Shown here piece after piece: positions 26,777 through 35,500 of a stretch of 64,000 bases of DNA. The DNA is taken from positions 136,310-200,309 of the IMG/VR virus record IMGVR_UViG_3300033273_000282; one strand, given 5' to 3'. Positions within the stretch are counted from its first letter, which is position 1; each line of letters begins with the position of its first letter. Under the pieces are notes generated by a model, which saw nothing but the letters and a program-made list of their open reading frames with translations, was not told the DNA's origin and searched no databases. A program made the position numbers and the translations under genes. Source of the DNA: a virus. Lineage: Duplodnaviria; Caudoviricetes.

Positions 26777-27545
26777 ATTCTTTAGCCTGATTCCTGGGGC
26801 GCATACTTTGTACCCTGTGGTTCGATCTGAAGAACTCGATCGGGATTGGATTAAGCAAGAGAAAGAAGACTATAGGGAACGGCAAACTAAGTGCCCTATG
26901 GCTAATATCATAAACGCGATTCCTTTTAACCAACCCCATAGTATTGGTAAGTGTCCAGCGATTAACTCTGTGATGCGAACTGGGTATGTTGTTCGTGCTC
27001 CAGCTGACTTTAAGGTCCATACTAATGGAGATGGACATACCATCCTCTTTACCACAACTGCTTTCAGTCCTCCTGGATCTGACTATGTGGTCCTTCACGA
27101 TAGTGATACGGCTAAGTGGTTGATGGATTCAACTAAGGATAATGTTATCGATCAGGTTATCAAAGTCAATACGTGTTGGAGAGTACAAGCAGATGATGAT
27201 ATTGTGTTCCTCCAGACTAAGGTTCCTTTTGTAAATGAATCTCGTTTCAGCGCTATTACTGGTATCCTTGATCCACGATCGGCTTATGAAATCAATGTTC
27301 AACTCTGGTGGCATGTGAAGGAAGGGGATGAAACTATCAAAGCAGGAACTCCCCTAGCATGTTATGTCCCTATCTCTCGCAAGCTTCTAGAAGATCTGAA
27401 TGTGGATATCGACATAGCCACTCCAGAAGATTATGTTCTAGAGAACGAGTTTCAATATACAGCCTATAATGAATTTCCTGACACGGTGAATGTTACCAGG
27501 CGTCAGTTAAAAACAAACAAGATCCTTCGCAAGTATTGGAAATGA
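26739..27545 (+). CDS. conserved hypothetical protein (CPAI...GYVVRAPAD family, possible beta-clip fold)
   Basis: The ORF track starts at 26694; the in-frame ATG at 26739 (MGLIKKP) reduces the overlap with the halogenase. C-terminal IKAGTPLA resembles a dUTPase-like beta-clip motif. Confidence 0.6.
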   Translation: MGLIKKPKKPRARFFSLIPGAHTLYPVVRSEELDRDWIKQEKEDYRERQTKCPMANIINAIPFNQPHSIGKCPAINSVMRTGYVVRAPADFKVHTNGDGHTILFTTTAFSPPGSDYVVLHDSDTAKWLMDSTKDNVIDQVIKVNTCWRVQADDDIVFLQTKVPFVNESRFSAITGILDPRSAYEINVQLWWHVKEGDETIKAGTPLACYVPISRKLLEDLNVDIDIATPEDYVLENEFQYTAYNEFPDTVNVTRRQLKTNKILRKYWK

Positions 27546-27922
27546 ACATCCCCACATTTAATACACCTGAACACCAAGAAGAGTTTGAACTCGTCTTTGC
27601 TGAAAAAGCAGTAGAGTATGTCAAACTCATGAATGTTGTGAGAGAACTGATGTATGGTACTGGTAATGGTAACTATGCTAATCTCCCTGGATCATGCCTA
27701 GAAATAGTCAATGACATCACACGTTCTCTACTCTATGATTGTGAAACTCAATTCAAAGAGTATCACCCAGAGTATAAGACTGATGAAGATGAGATCTTCA
27801 TTCCACGTAAGTCATTCAAAGAAAATGTAACTGAAGCACTGCTAGAAGCAAACCAGAAGTTCTGGAATAGTGGTGATGAACCTACCGAACTACAGTGCGT
27901 TGATCATCTTACTGACGAGTAA
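27542..27922 (+). CDS. acidic hypothetical protein
   Basis: ATGA overlap with the upstream stop; 126 aa, Glu-rich. Confidence 0.65.
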   Translation: MNIPTFNTPEHQEEFELVFAEKAVEYVKLMNVVRELMYGTGNGNYANLPGSCLEIVNDITRSLLYDCETQFKEYHPEYKTDEDEIFIPRKSFKENVTEALLEANQKFWNSGDEPTELQCVDHLTDE

Positions 27923-28527
27923 TGACTATCCATCCTTTGTTCTCGGTTCCAGTATTCAAGGGGCATCTTTGCCCCACCGAATATCAAGAAGCCGAGTTTG
28001 ATGATATCCTCAACAGGATGTTTTTGGATTGTAAGTTGGGTGACTTTACTGGGGAGACTGGGTTGTCTACCGCACCCAACGGTATGAACCTTCATAAGAT
28101 CTCAGAGTTGAAATGGTTCTGGGAGAGAATTGATTATGCTGTGCGAGACTACTGGGTAAACATCCTTGGATATAGGAGGATGTCTTACGTTGAGTGTCAG
28201 CACTCTTGGGCAAACAAACACTTTTCTAATGACAGCACCGCAGAGCACAGTCATAGAGATGGTTGGAATGGTAGATGTCAGGTCTCTGGCGTATACTACT
28301 TTAAGAAGCCAAAAGGATCTTCTAACATCCACTTCTGTAATCCAAACGATTATATTTTAAGGATGACTCCATACGAGCACATGACAGGCATAGATACTAT
28401 ATCTACTGAAGTGACAGCAGAGCAGTACGATTTTATTCTCTTCCCCTCCTGGGTTAGACATAGAGTCCCACCAAGCAATGCTTCTCAGAGGATCGCTATA
28501 TCATTTAATTACCTTGGTTATGATTGA
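27922..28527 (+). CDS. Fe(II)/2OG oxygenase (TIGR02466-like)
   Basis: SWAN...EHSH...SGVYY...LFPSWVRHRV...RIAISFN: HxH...H triad plus the 2OG-binding Arg. Confidence 0.8.
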   Translation: MTIHPLFSVPVFKGHLCPTEYQEAEFDDILNRMFLDCKLGDFTGETGLSTAPNGMNLHKISELKWFWERIDYAVRDYWVNILGYRRMSYVECQHSWANKHFSNDSTAEHSHRDGWNGRCQVSGVYYFKKPKGSSNIHFCNPNDYILRMTPYEHMTGIDTISTEVTAEQYDFILFPSWVRHRVPPSNASQRIAISFNYLGYD

Positions 28528-29302
28528 AGACTTTAAGATTCTTCCAGTCCCTAAACACTTAGCACTCTTTGTCAAGCCATTTGATGAGTGGAACTGGACT
28601 TATCACGGGTACTACTGGCGTATCCGTGATATGTTCTATGAACTAGATAAGTTTATTGAAGTCCTTAAGTGCTATCCCATTGAGGATATGAACAATGCTG
28701 ATAGTGCGGACGATCCGAACCCTTTCGCGCAAACGTCGATACCTTATTGGATATTTGCCCCCATAGCGGAGCAGATCAGAAACTTCATCATTGTCAATCA
28801 CTTCAAGCAAGAAGTATCTTTCTCGCTACACGATGAGCGTCTCTCTGAGTGGGGTAACGTATACTCTAAGAAACACTCTAGACCTGTTGGGTGTTGGCAA
28901 ATGCCCCATCGAGATTTTGGTACCGATGAAGGATTCATTGGCAACCTCTGGCTTTCTCACCACGAACCAAATGAAACAGGAACCGCGTTCTTTGACTATA
29001 AAGGAACGATTGATGAGGGACGGTACGATTTCCAAATCGATCCAAATCACCACAGGTATAAAGAGTGGCATAATTGGCACGGAAGCGGAGCCGATCACGA
29101 CGACCGATGGATCAACTTCGACTCAAATAAGCAACGGCATTGGGGTTTCATTAAGAGAGGTTTCGCAGCAGCTGAATATGGAACTATGACACTTTACGAT
29201 GCGAACGCTATCCACTCACCGTACATCCCTGATAGTGTAGAATGGCGTTGGAGCCATTGCTTCGGATTCAAGTATACTCCTTTACGAAATGTTCTTAGAT
29301 GA
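28520..29302 (+). CDS. putative Fe(II)/2OG oxygenase
   Basis: PHRD...NLWLS...GTAFF...LYDANAIHSP...WR: HxD...H pattern; start refined from 28478 to the ATG at 28520. Confidence 0.65.
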   Translation: MIEDFKILPVPKHLALFVKPFDEWNWTYHGYYWRIRDMFYELDKFIEVLKCYPIEDMNNADSADDPNPFAQTSIPYWIFAPIAEQIRNFIIVNHFKQEVSFSLHDERLSEWGNVYSKKHSRPVGCWQMPHRDFGTDEGFIGNLWLSHHEPNETGTAFFDYKGTIDEGRYDFQIDPNHHRYKEWHNWHGSGADHDDRWINFDSNKQRHWGFIKRGFAAAEYGTMTLYDANAIHSPYIPDSVEWRWSHCFGFKYTPLRNVLR

Positions 29303-29852
29303 AATCTTCCCTACCCCAATATGGGGAGCGGATCTCAATCTTGATGTGGATAGCATCATGTATTGGGCATACCGCCAGAAAGAAGAAGATGAAGGTAGGA
29401 TCATATCTAATGTTGGTGGGTGGCAATCAAATGATTACAGAAATTTTTCTGGAACTCCACTCCTCCCCCTGACGGAGGCAATTTCTAAGCTTGCTATTCA
29501 AGCCAGCGAAGACCTGGGTATACCAGAACCTGCTGATGCTATTGTTAACTTGTGGGTTAACATCAATCCTAGACTTTCATATAATCAAGTTCATGTACAC
29601 CCTGAGTGTAAACTGTCTGGTGTCTTCTATGTGAAAGCAGAGAAGGATTGTGGTAATCTTTGTTTTACTAGAGGATCTAATGACTTTGCTCTAGGAACGG
29701 TTGCTCCGAATCAAACTAGATATAGTAGTGCTGAATATGAGTACACGCCTAAACCAAATCGCTTGATTATTTTCCCAGCGTGGGTGATGCATCATGTGAA
29801 AGCTAATCTATCCTATTCTGATAGGATATCTTTGTCATTTAATTTACGATGA
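29289..29852 (+). CDS. Fe(II)/2OG oxygenase (TIGR02466-like)
   Basis: WVNIN...HVH...LSGVFYV...FPAWVMHHV...RISLSFN. Confidence 0.85.
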   Translation: MFLDEIFPTPIWGADLNLDVDSIMYWAYRQKEEDEGRIISNVGGWQSNDYRNFSGTPLLPLTEAISKLAIQASEDLGIPEPADAIVNLWVNINPRLSYNQVHVHPECKLSGVFYVKAEKDCGNLCFTRGSNDFALGTVAPNQTRYSSAEYEYTPKPNRLIIFPAWVMHHVKANLSYSDRISLSFNLR

Positions 29853-30463
29853 AAGAGTTTAAGAATTTTCTACCAGTATCTCAAGCACTTGAGATTCATG
29901 ACATCCTTACTTCTAGTATCTTCCCATGGTACTGGCTTGATGATGTAACTGTTTCTCCTGAGGAGAGAGATGAGGTTCCAGCATATTACAGGTCTCAACC
30001 TGGAATGCATCATACTCCTTTTGTTGATGGTCGCGCTAGTGAGTGGTACGATAAGTTTAGTTTCATCTATCACTACATTCTGGATGCGATGGAACTGGAT
30101 TATAAGGAATGGCAACTGGCTCGGATTCGATGTGGATTAAACTTCCCCACCTTTAGGGATGAGCACATGCTCCACAACCAGCCACACATTGATTACCCAG
30201 AGACTCAAGTGGGGGATCACTTCACCTGTCTGTATTATGTGAATGATTCGGACGGTCCTACAGTTGTGTTCAACGAAACCGAAGAGTCTGATAAGTACAC
30301 AATTAAGTATCAGTGTCATCCAGAAAAGAATAAACTCTTTGTCTTTAATGGTAAGCACTATCACGCATCCTCATGTCCCAAGCATCATGATGCTAGAATG
30401 GCATTGACAATTAACCTTTGTAGCAGAACTCGAAATGTGGAACAGTTTCTTCGCGGCGTCTAA
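29849..30463 (+). CDS. Fe(II)/2OG oxygenase
   Basis: PHID...YYVNDSDGPT...FNGKHYHASSCP...RMALTIN. Confidence 0.8.
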   Translation: MKEFKNFLPVSQALEIHDILTSSIFPWYWLDDVTVSPEERDEVPAYYRSQPGMHHTPFVDGRASEWYDKFSFIYHYILDAMELDYKEWQLARIRCGLNFPTFRDEHMLHNQPHIDYPETQVGDHFTCLYYVNDSDGPTVVFNETEESDKYTIKYQCHPEKNKLFVFNGKHYHASSCPKHHDARMALTINLCSRTRNVEQFLRGV

Positions 30464-31118
30464 TTTATTAGGCAAAGATCAAGCGGCTTACGTTCCAGAT
30501 TTTCTCAAGTCTCCTGAGAAGTATTGTTCTTGGGAGACTGTAGAGGATGCCTTACATAGATCCGATATGTATTGGGAACTCATCAATCCCAATGGGGGCA
30601 AAGATGATGTCGGTGAGTATAAACCAGCATGGGCTAGAACACCAGACCAAGACAAAAGGCACATTCATGATCACATCATGAGTGGTAAAAGTTTTGTTAT
30701 CTTGTCTTATAGTAGAGCGAACGCTAGAGTTAGATCTCTATGTGCTGAGATAGAAAGGCACTTCAATGTGAATACTGACATCCATGTATATGGAGCGAGA
30801 GATTCTGCTAATTCTTTCAAGTGTCATTATGATCACTTTGCCAATTTCATCATCCAATGCGAGGGTGAAACTGATTGGGTAGTCTATAAGAACAGGGCTA
30901 CCTCTCTATGGGAAGCAAAGAATGATAAACCTGTAGATGAATCAAATTATGAAGTTGACTGGAAGGGGGTTCTCAAACCTGGAGATATGCTGTATATTCC
31001 AGATAGGGCGTGGCATAAAGCCACACCAACTTCCAGAAGACTGTCAATGAGCATCCCATGTATGCCCACTGTGATACCCTCTAATTTCTATGACCGAACT
31101 CATTATAAAATCACATAG
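30435..31118 (+). CDS. JmjC/cupin-4 (YcfD/ROXA-like) oxygenase
   Basis: SFKCHYDHFANFIIQCEGETDW...LKPGDMLYIPDRAWHKA: HxD...H JmjC signature. Confidence 0.8.
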   Translation: MWNSFFAASNLLGKDQAAYVPDFLKSPEKYCSWETVEDALHRSDMYWELINPNGGKDDVGEYKPAWARTPDQDKRHIHDHIMSGKSFVILSYSRANARVRSLCAEIERHFNVNTDIHVYGARDSANSFKCHYDHFANFIIQCEGETDWVVYKNRATSLWEAKNDKPVDESNYEVDWKGVLKPGDMLYIPDRAWHKATPTSRRLSMSIPCMPTVIPSNFYDRTHYKIT

Positions 31119-31722
31119 AAAACCATTTGTCAAACTGGTTAGGCAAATGGTATCTCCTAATGTTATTGATCTTCTTGCTACCGAGTTTAGGCTTATGCGA
31201 GATGCTCTAAAAGCAATGGGAAACAATGAGGGTTACAATGACCCTACTGTCCCAAACACATTTTCTTGGTACTCTCCCCTTTGTTTCGAGTCTCTAAGTT
31301 TGGTTCTCCAACCAAAAGTCGAGAGGATCTTAGAAGAGAAATTGTATCCGACCTATTCTTATGGTCGCATATATACTGAAGGTAGCGAGCTTGTTCGGCA
31401 CGTTGACCGAAGAAGTTCTGAAGTAGCAGTAAACGTCAACATCGCAAGGGATGAGGAGCACCTATCGTTCCTCTACTTTGAATGGGAAGGCAATCTAAGA
31501 AAGGTTGACCTTGAGCCAGGAGATGTGGTAATATATTCAGGATCACTCATTCCCCACTGGCGTGAGAAGTATACTGGTCGAGAGCAAATGAATGCTTTCA
31601 TGCAGTATGTCTTTGCTAATGGTCACTACAGTGATCTAAAGTATGATACCCGTCCCTATCTTGCTACTCCATATGAGCTGACAGAAGGACACATTAAAGA
31701 TGAAGTGAAAAACTATGTCTGA
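31090..31722 (+). CDS. putative Fe(II)/2OG oxygenase (prolyl-hydroxylase-like)
   Basis: PTYSYGRIY...LVRHVDR...EPGDVVIYSG...HWRE: HxD...H pattern. Confidence 0.7.
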   Translation: MTELIIKSHRKPFVKLVRQMVSPNVIDLLATEFRLMRDALKAMGNNEGYNDPTVPNTFSWYSPLCFESLSLVLQPKVERILEEKLYPTYSYGRIYTEGSELVRHVDRRSSEVAVNVNIARDEEHLSFLYFEWEGNLRKVDLEPGDVVIYSGSLIPHWREKYTGREQMNAFMQYVFANGHYSDLKYDTRPYLATPYELTEGHIKDEVKNYV

Positions 31723-31984
31723 AGAAACAACAACCGAAGGTCTCTTGGATTTTACGGAGGTGTGGGATGACTTTGTTGAGCAGCTTCTCGCTTGCCGTAA
31801 AGAGGTTAAAGAGCGTGAAGATGAACTCGAAAAAAATTCTGCTCTTCTAACTCGTGTAGACCTCAGCGAACTCAATGAAGTTCGTAACAAGTGCCTTAAG
31901 CTTGAAGGTGCTTGTGAAGCCCTTGACCTTGTACGCACCAGAGTTATGGGTGAAGAATCCAAAATCCAAAGGAGTGAAGCATGA
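31715..31984 (+). CDS. small coiled-coil protein A
   Basis: 89 aa, heptads, LKLEGACEAL motif; overlap-coupled to both neighbours. Confidence 0.65.
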   Translation: MSEETTTEGLLDFTEVWDDFVEQLLACRKEVKEREDELEKNSALLTRVDLSELNEVRNKCLKLEGACEALDLVRTRVMGEESKIQRSEA

Positions 31985-32184
31985 CTATTGAAGAAATGAT
32001 TAAAGATTTTGAAGAGCAGCGCGGTAAAATCCGTGGTGAAATCTCTGAGATCGAAGACGCACTGAAAGCCAGACAAGAACAACTCTTGCGTCTTGGTGGC
32101 GCAATCGAAGGTCTCCGTCTGGCTGAAAAGAATCTAGACGCCGCACCCGTTGCTACGGGTAACGTAGAGGTTGCCGCTGACTAA
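31981..32184 (+). CDS. small coiled-coil protein B
   Basis: 67 aa, LRLGGAIEGL motif similar to protein A. Confidence 0.65.
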   Translation: MTIEEMIKDFEEQRGKIRGEISEIEDALKARQEQLLRLGGAIEGLRLAEKNLDAAPVATGNVEVAAD

Positions 32185-32456
32185 AGCAGTGCCTTGCTGC
32201 TGAGCATATCATGCTTCTCATCGAATTCAAATCTTTGAGGAGCATGAGTCCTATCACCAGCAACGATTAGGTAATATCTTTTACCGTAAATATTTTTGGT
32301 AATACCGATGGATCTGATTTCTCTTCCATCATATTTACCACCAACTTCGTAGGGGACAGTCTCTGGAGTACCGTCAAACTGTGGTTTGATACGGGACCAA
32401 AGATGTTCCCTTTCTCTGTATTCGCCAGTAATTGGCTTTCTATCTCTTAACGACAT
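32181..32456 (-). CDS. hypothetical protein (only credible minus-strand gene)
   Basis: Fills the gap between 32184 and 32504; the start is likely MSLRDRK (32456) rather than 32510, which would overlap the next gene; stop overlaps the convergent stop of ORF 31981. Confidence 0.6.
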   Translation of the reverse strand: MSLRDRKPITGEYREREHLWSRIKPQFDGTPETVPYEVGGKYDGREIRSIGITKNIYGKRYYLIVAGDRTHAPQRFEFDEKHDMLSSKALL

Positions 32457-32461
32457 TAGGG

Positions 32462-32469
32462 TATAAATA
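32462..32469 (+). promoter_or_regulatory. T4-type late promoter
   Basis: Exact TATAAATA 35 bp before the S8 gene. Confidence 0.75.
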
Positions 32470-32503
32470 CAAAAGAGGATAACACTGACCTGGACAGGCG
32501 TAC

Positions 32504-35500
32504 ATGGCAACCCTATTAGTTAAGGTCGCAGACTCATTTGACGTTAACGATGTAAAGGATACTCTCCTTAGTCAGCATGATTATTTAGAGTTTGTAAAGA
32601 CACTTAGATCATTCCGTACCATCAGATTCAGCGTGGCAGACGAGAATGCTACTGCCGAGAATTTAGAAAGCGTACGTCTAACCGAGGGTCTCCAAGGAGC
32701 CACCTGGGACAGAGAGTTTCGTGTCACCGATTATGATGACGGTGGCGAAGTATTGAATGTAGAGTATGTAGGTGATGAAGTTGAAGAAACTGATGCTCAA
32801 CTTCAAGACACCAAGAATACCAGAATTCTTTCTACTGGTTCTGGTGGTACTATCTACGTTCGTGTTCAGAACTTTCCTGCTGGTCCAAGATATACATTCT
32901 CAACTATCAGCGGTGGTCCTTTCAGCAGGATCAGTACCTTTACTGGCTTCCTCCAAGGCGGTACATATACTTTTGACCAGTCAGACTCCTCAAACGCAGG
33001 TCATCCTCTTAGACTCTCTATTACTCCAGACGGCACTTGGACTGCTGGTGGCGTTATTTACTCTACGGGTGTAACTGCTGCTGGTACTCCTGGACAGTCT
33101 GGTGCGTACACTAGAATTGTAATTAGTTCTAGTACACCTTCTGTTCTCTATTGGTATAACACCAACTCTTCCAACTACGGCAACTATAACGATAGTCCTG
33201 CTCGTTTTGGTAAGTTATGTGTTCATGACTTTTGGCATCTTGACAGAATTACAAAACAGAATCGTTCTTACATGAACGGTGTCTACAATAGCCCAGAGGA
33301 AGGCGACGGATGCGACCTCTACGTTATTGATACTGGTGTTCGTGGTTCTTCTAGACCCACTGGTAACAACGCTGCGCTCCACCCAGAACTGTATGATCCC
33401 GACAACATCACCGACCTGAACGGTACTTCGGAGCAACAGTCTTATCGTGTATATGAAGTAACTGGATTCCAATCTGGTTATACCGTTGGTGGTAGTGCTA
33501 ACTCTAACGAAGATGACCAGGGTCATGGTACCAACTGTGCTATCTGTGCCGCTGGTATTAAAGCAGGTGTGGCTCGAAAGACAAAGATCTATGCCCTGAA
33601 GGCTTTCAACAGCGGTGGTAGTGGATCTCTTTCCGACATCATTGATGCTTATCAGGCAGTCCTTGATCACAACGATTCAGGTCACCCCAACTACAAGGGC
33701 AACACAAGACCTGCTGTCATCAACGCTTCCTTTGGTCCCACAACTCCAAGCGGCGCTTTCCCTTACGTTGAGATTAACGAGAGCGGACAAGATGCTGGCT
33801 TCGATCTGGAACTCTATGACGAAGTTGAAAAAATAATCGTTGATAATAACATTATCCTTGTCAGATCTGCTGGTAATGGATTTATCGACGCCTCTTCTAA
33901 CTTCGCTGGTCCTCTCCAGACAAGATATGTTGCTGGCGCTAGATCCTCTGGTTTCTCTGACAATGATGTAAACTATCAGGACGTTAATATCAAGAGCATC
34001 GCGGTTGGTGCTTCTGATTACAACGACCGTTGGGCAGACTTCTCCAACTATGGTTCTGGTACAACCACAGTTGCTCCTGGTGCTCACCTAACAATCCCAA
34101 GATACGACTGGACCGCTAACACTCCATACACCAGCACTGGTAACTATGGAAATATCAGTGGTACTTCGTTCTCTAGTCCCATCGTTGCTGGCATCATGTG
34201 TCAGTGGGTAACCTCTAATAACTATACTCTGGGAACTAGTGATGTACCTGGACTGGCTAAAACGTTCATCCGTACATCAGGTCCTGTTAGTGACATTTCC
34301 GCCGTTAGCAGTTCGGCATATCCAATCAACACTGCTACTGAATACAAACTACCATCTGATCCATTTGCTACAACGGCATCTAGCACTGCGCTGAAGATTT
34401 CTTTCCCACCAGCACAGTCTTCGGTATTCCTCAACAACATTAACAAGTATATCCAGTTCAGAGTTGGCGCTTCTTCTCTGACTGTTGGTGGTGTTAATAT
34501 CAAGGATGAATCCTATCAGTGGCACCAGATTACAGCACAGGATCCTGTAAACAATACGATCACCATCACCCTTCAGAACGCTGCTACTGGCACAGCGTCT
34601 GGTGGTGGATCAAATAATTTCATGTGTATCATTTCGGATACCCATGAATTTACCGATGGACCTGAGTTCAGCAATGTTACTCTCTATGCTGAACTTGATT
34701 CCGAGGAGGCTACTCATAGTGGTAGAGCCATCAACAACATCCCCGTACACACAGGGGTTGACTTTGATGCGTCTAGCACTAATGACGTGATCTCCAAAGT
34801 AATGGGTATGTTCAACCCATTCATTCCTAAAACAATCTCTTGGTATACTAGCGCGGGAGATCTTACTAGCGGTCAAGGATATGACAACGGAGATTCCGTC
34901 AACGTACAACTTGGCATCCAAACTATTGTTTCATATGCTAGTGAGCCATTTACTGCTAGAGAATATAGTCTGACTGGTGATGACATCAGCAGCACTGGAT
35001 TGACATTCAGCACTAGCTCTGGTGTTCTCTCTGGTACAGTAACTTCTAGTTATCAGGATCTCACATTCAATATCACAGTCACCGAAGTAAAGAGCGGTGA
35101 GTCTCGTAGTTATTCCTTCCAGACAAACGGAACGGGTGTTCTTGTATTCGTTACATCTCAGCCCGTTGACCAAGTTATAGAAGCTGGTGCTGGGACTAAC
35201 GCTACGTTCGGTCCCCTTGGAGGATACTCTTCTGATGGTTCTACTGTTACTTATCAGTGGCAGATTTCCACAGACAATGGAAGCAACTGGTCCAACATCA
35301 GTGCGTTGGCTGGACACTCTGGAGAAACTACCGAAACTCTGACTGTTGATGATGATTTCGCATTCAACGGTTATCAATATCGTTGTATTCTAGACTCCAA
35401 CACTGCGGTACAGACAACAACAACTAATGTTGCTAACCTAAGTCTGTACAGAGTTATCACAGTATCGACAGACCCACAACCACAAAGCGTTGTGGCTCCT

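Noticed and set aside
25211-31722. Apparent codon shift (more CTA/ATA/GGA) suggesting recent horizontal acquisition of the enzyme block
   Set aside because: This is an impression by eye only, and lower expression than structural genes would give the same pattern. It needs codon-usage statistics.
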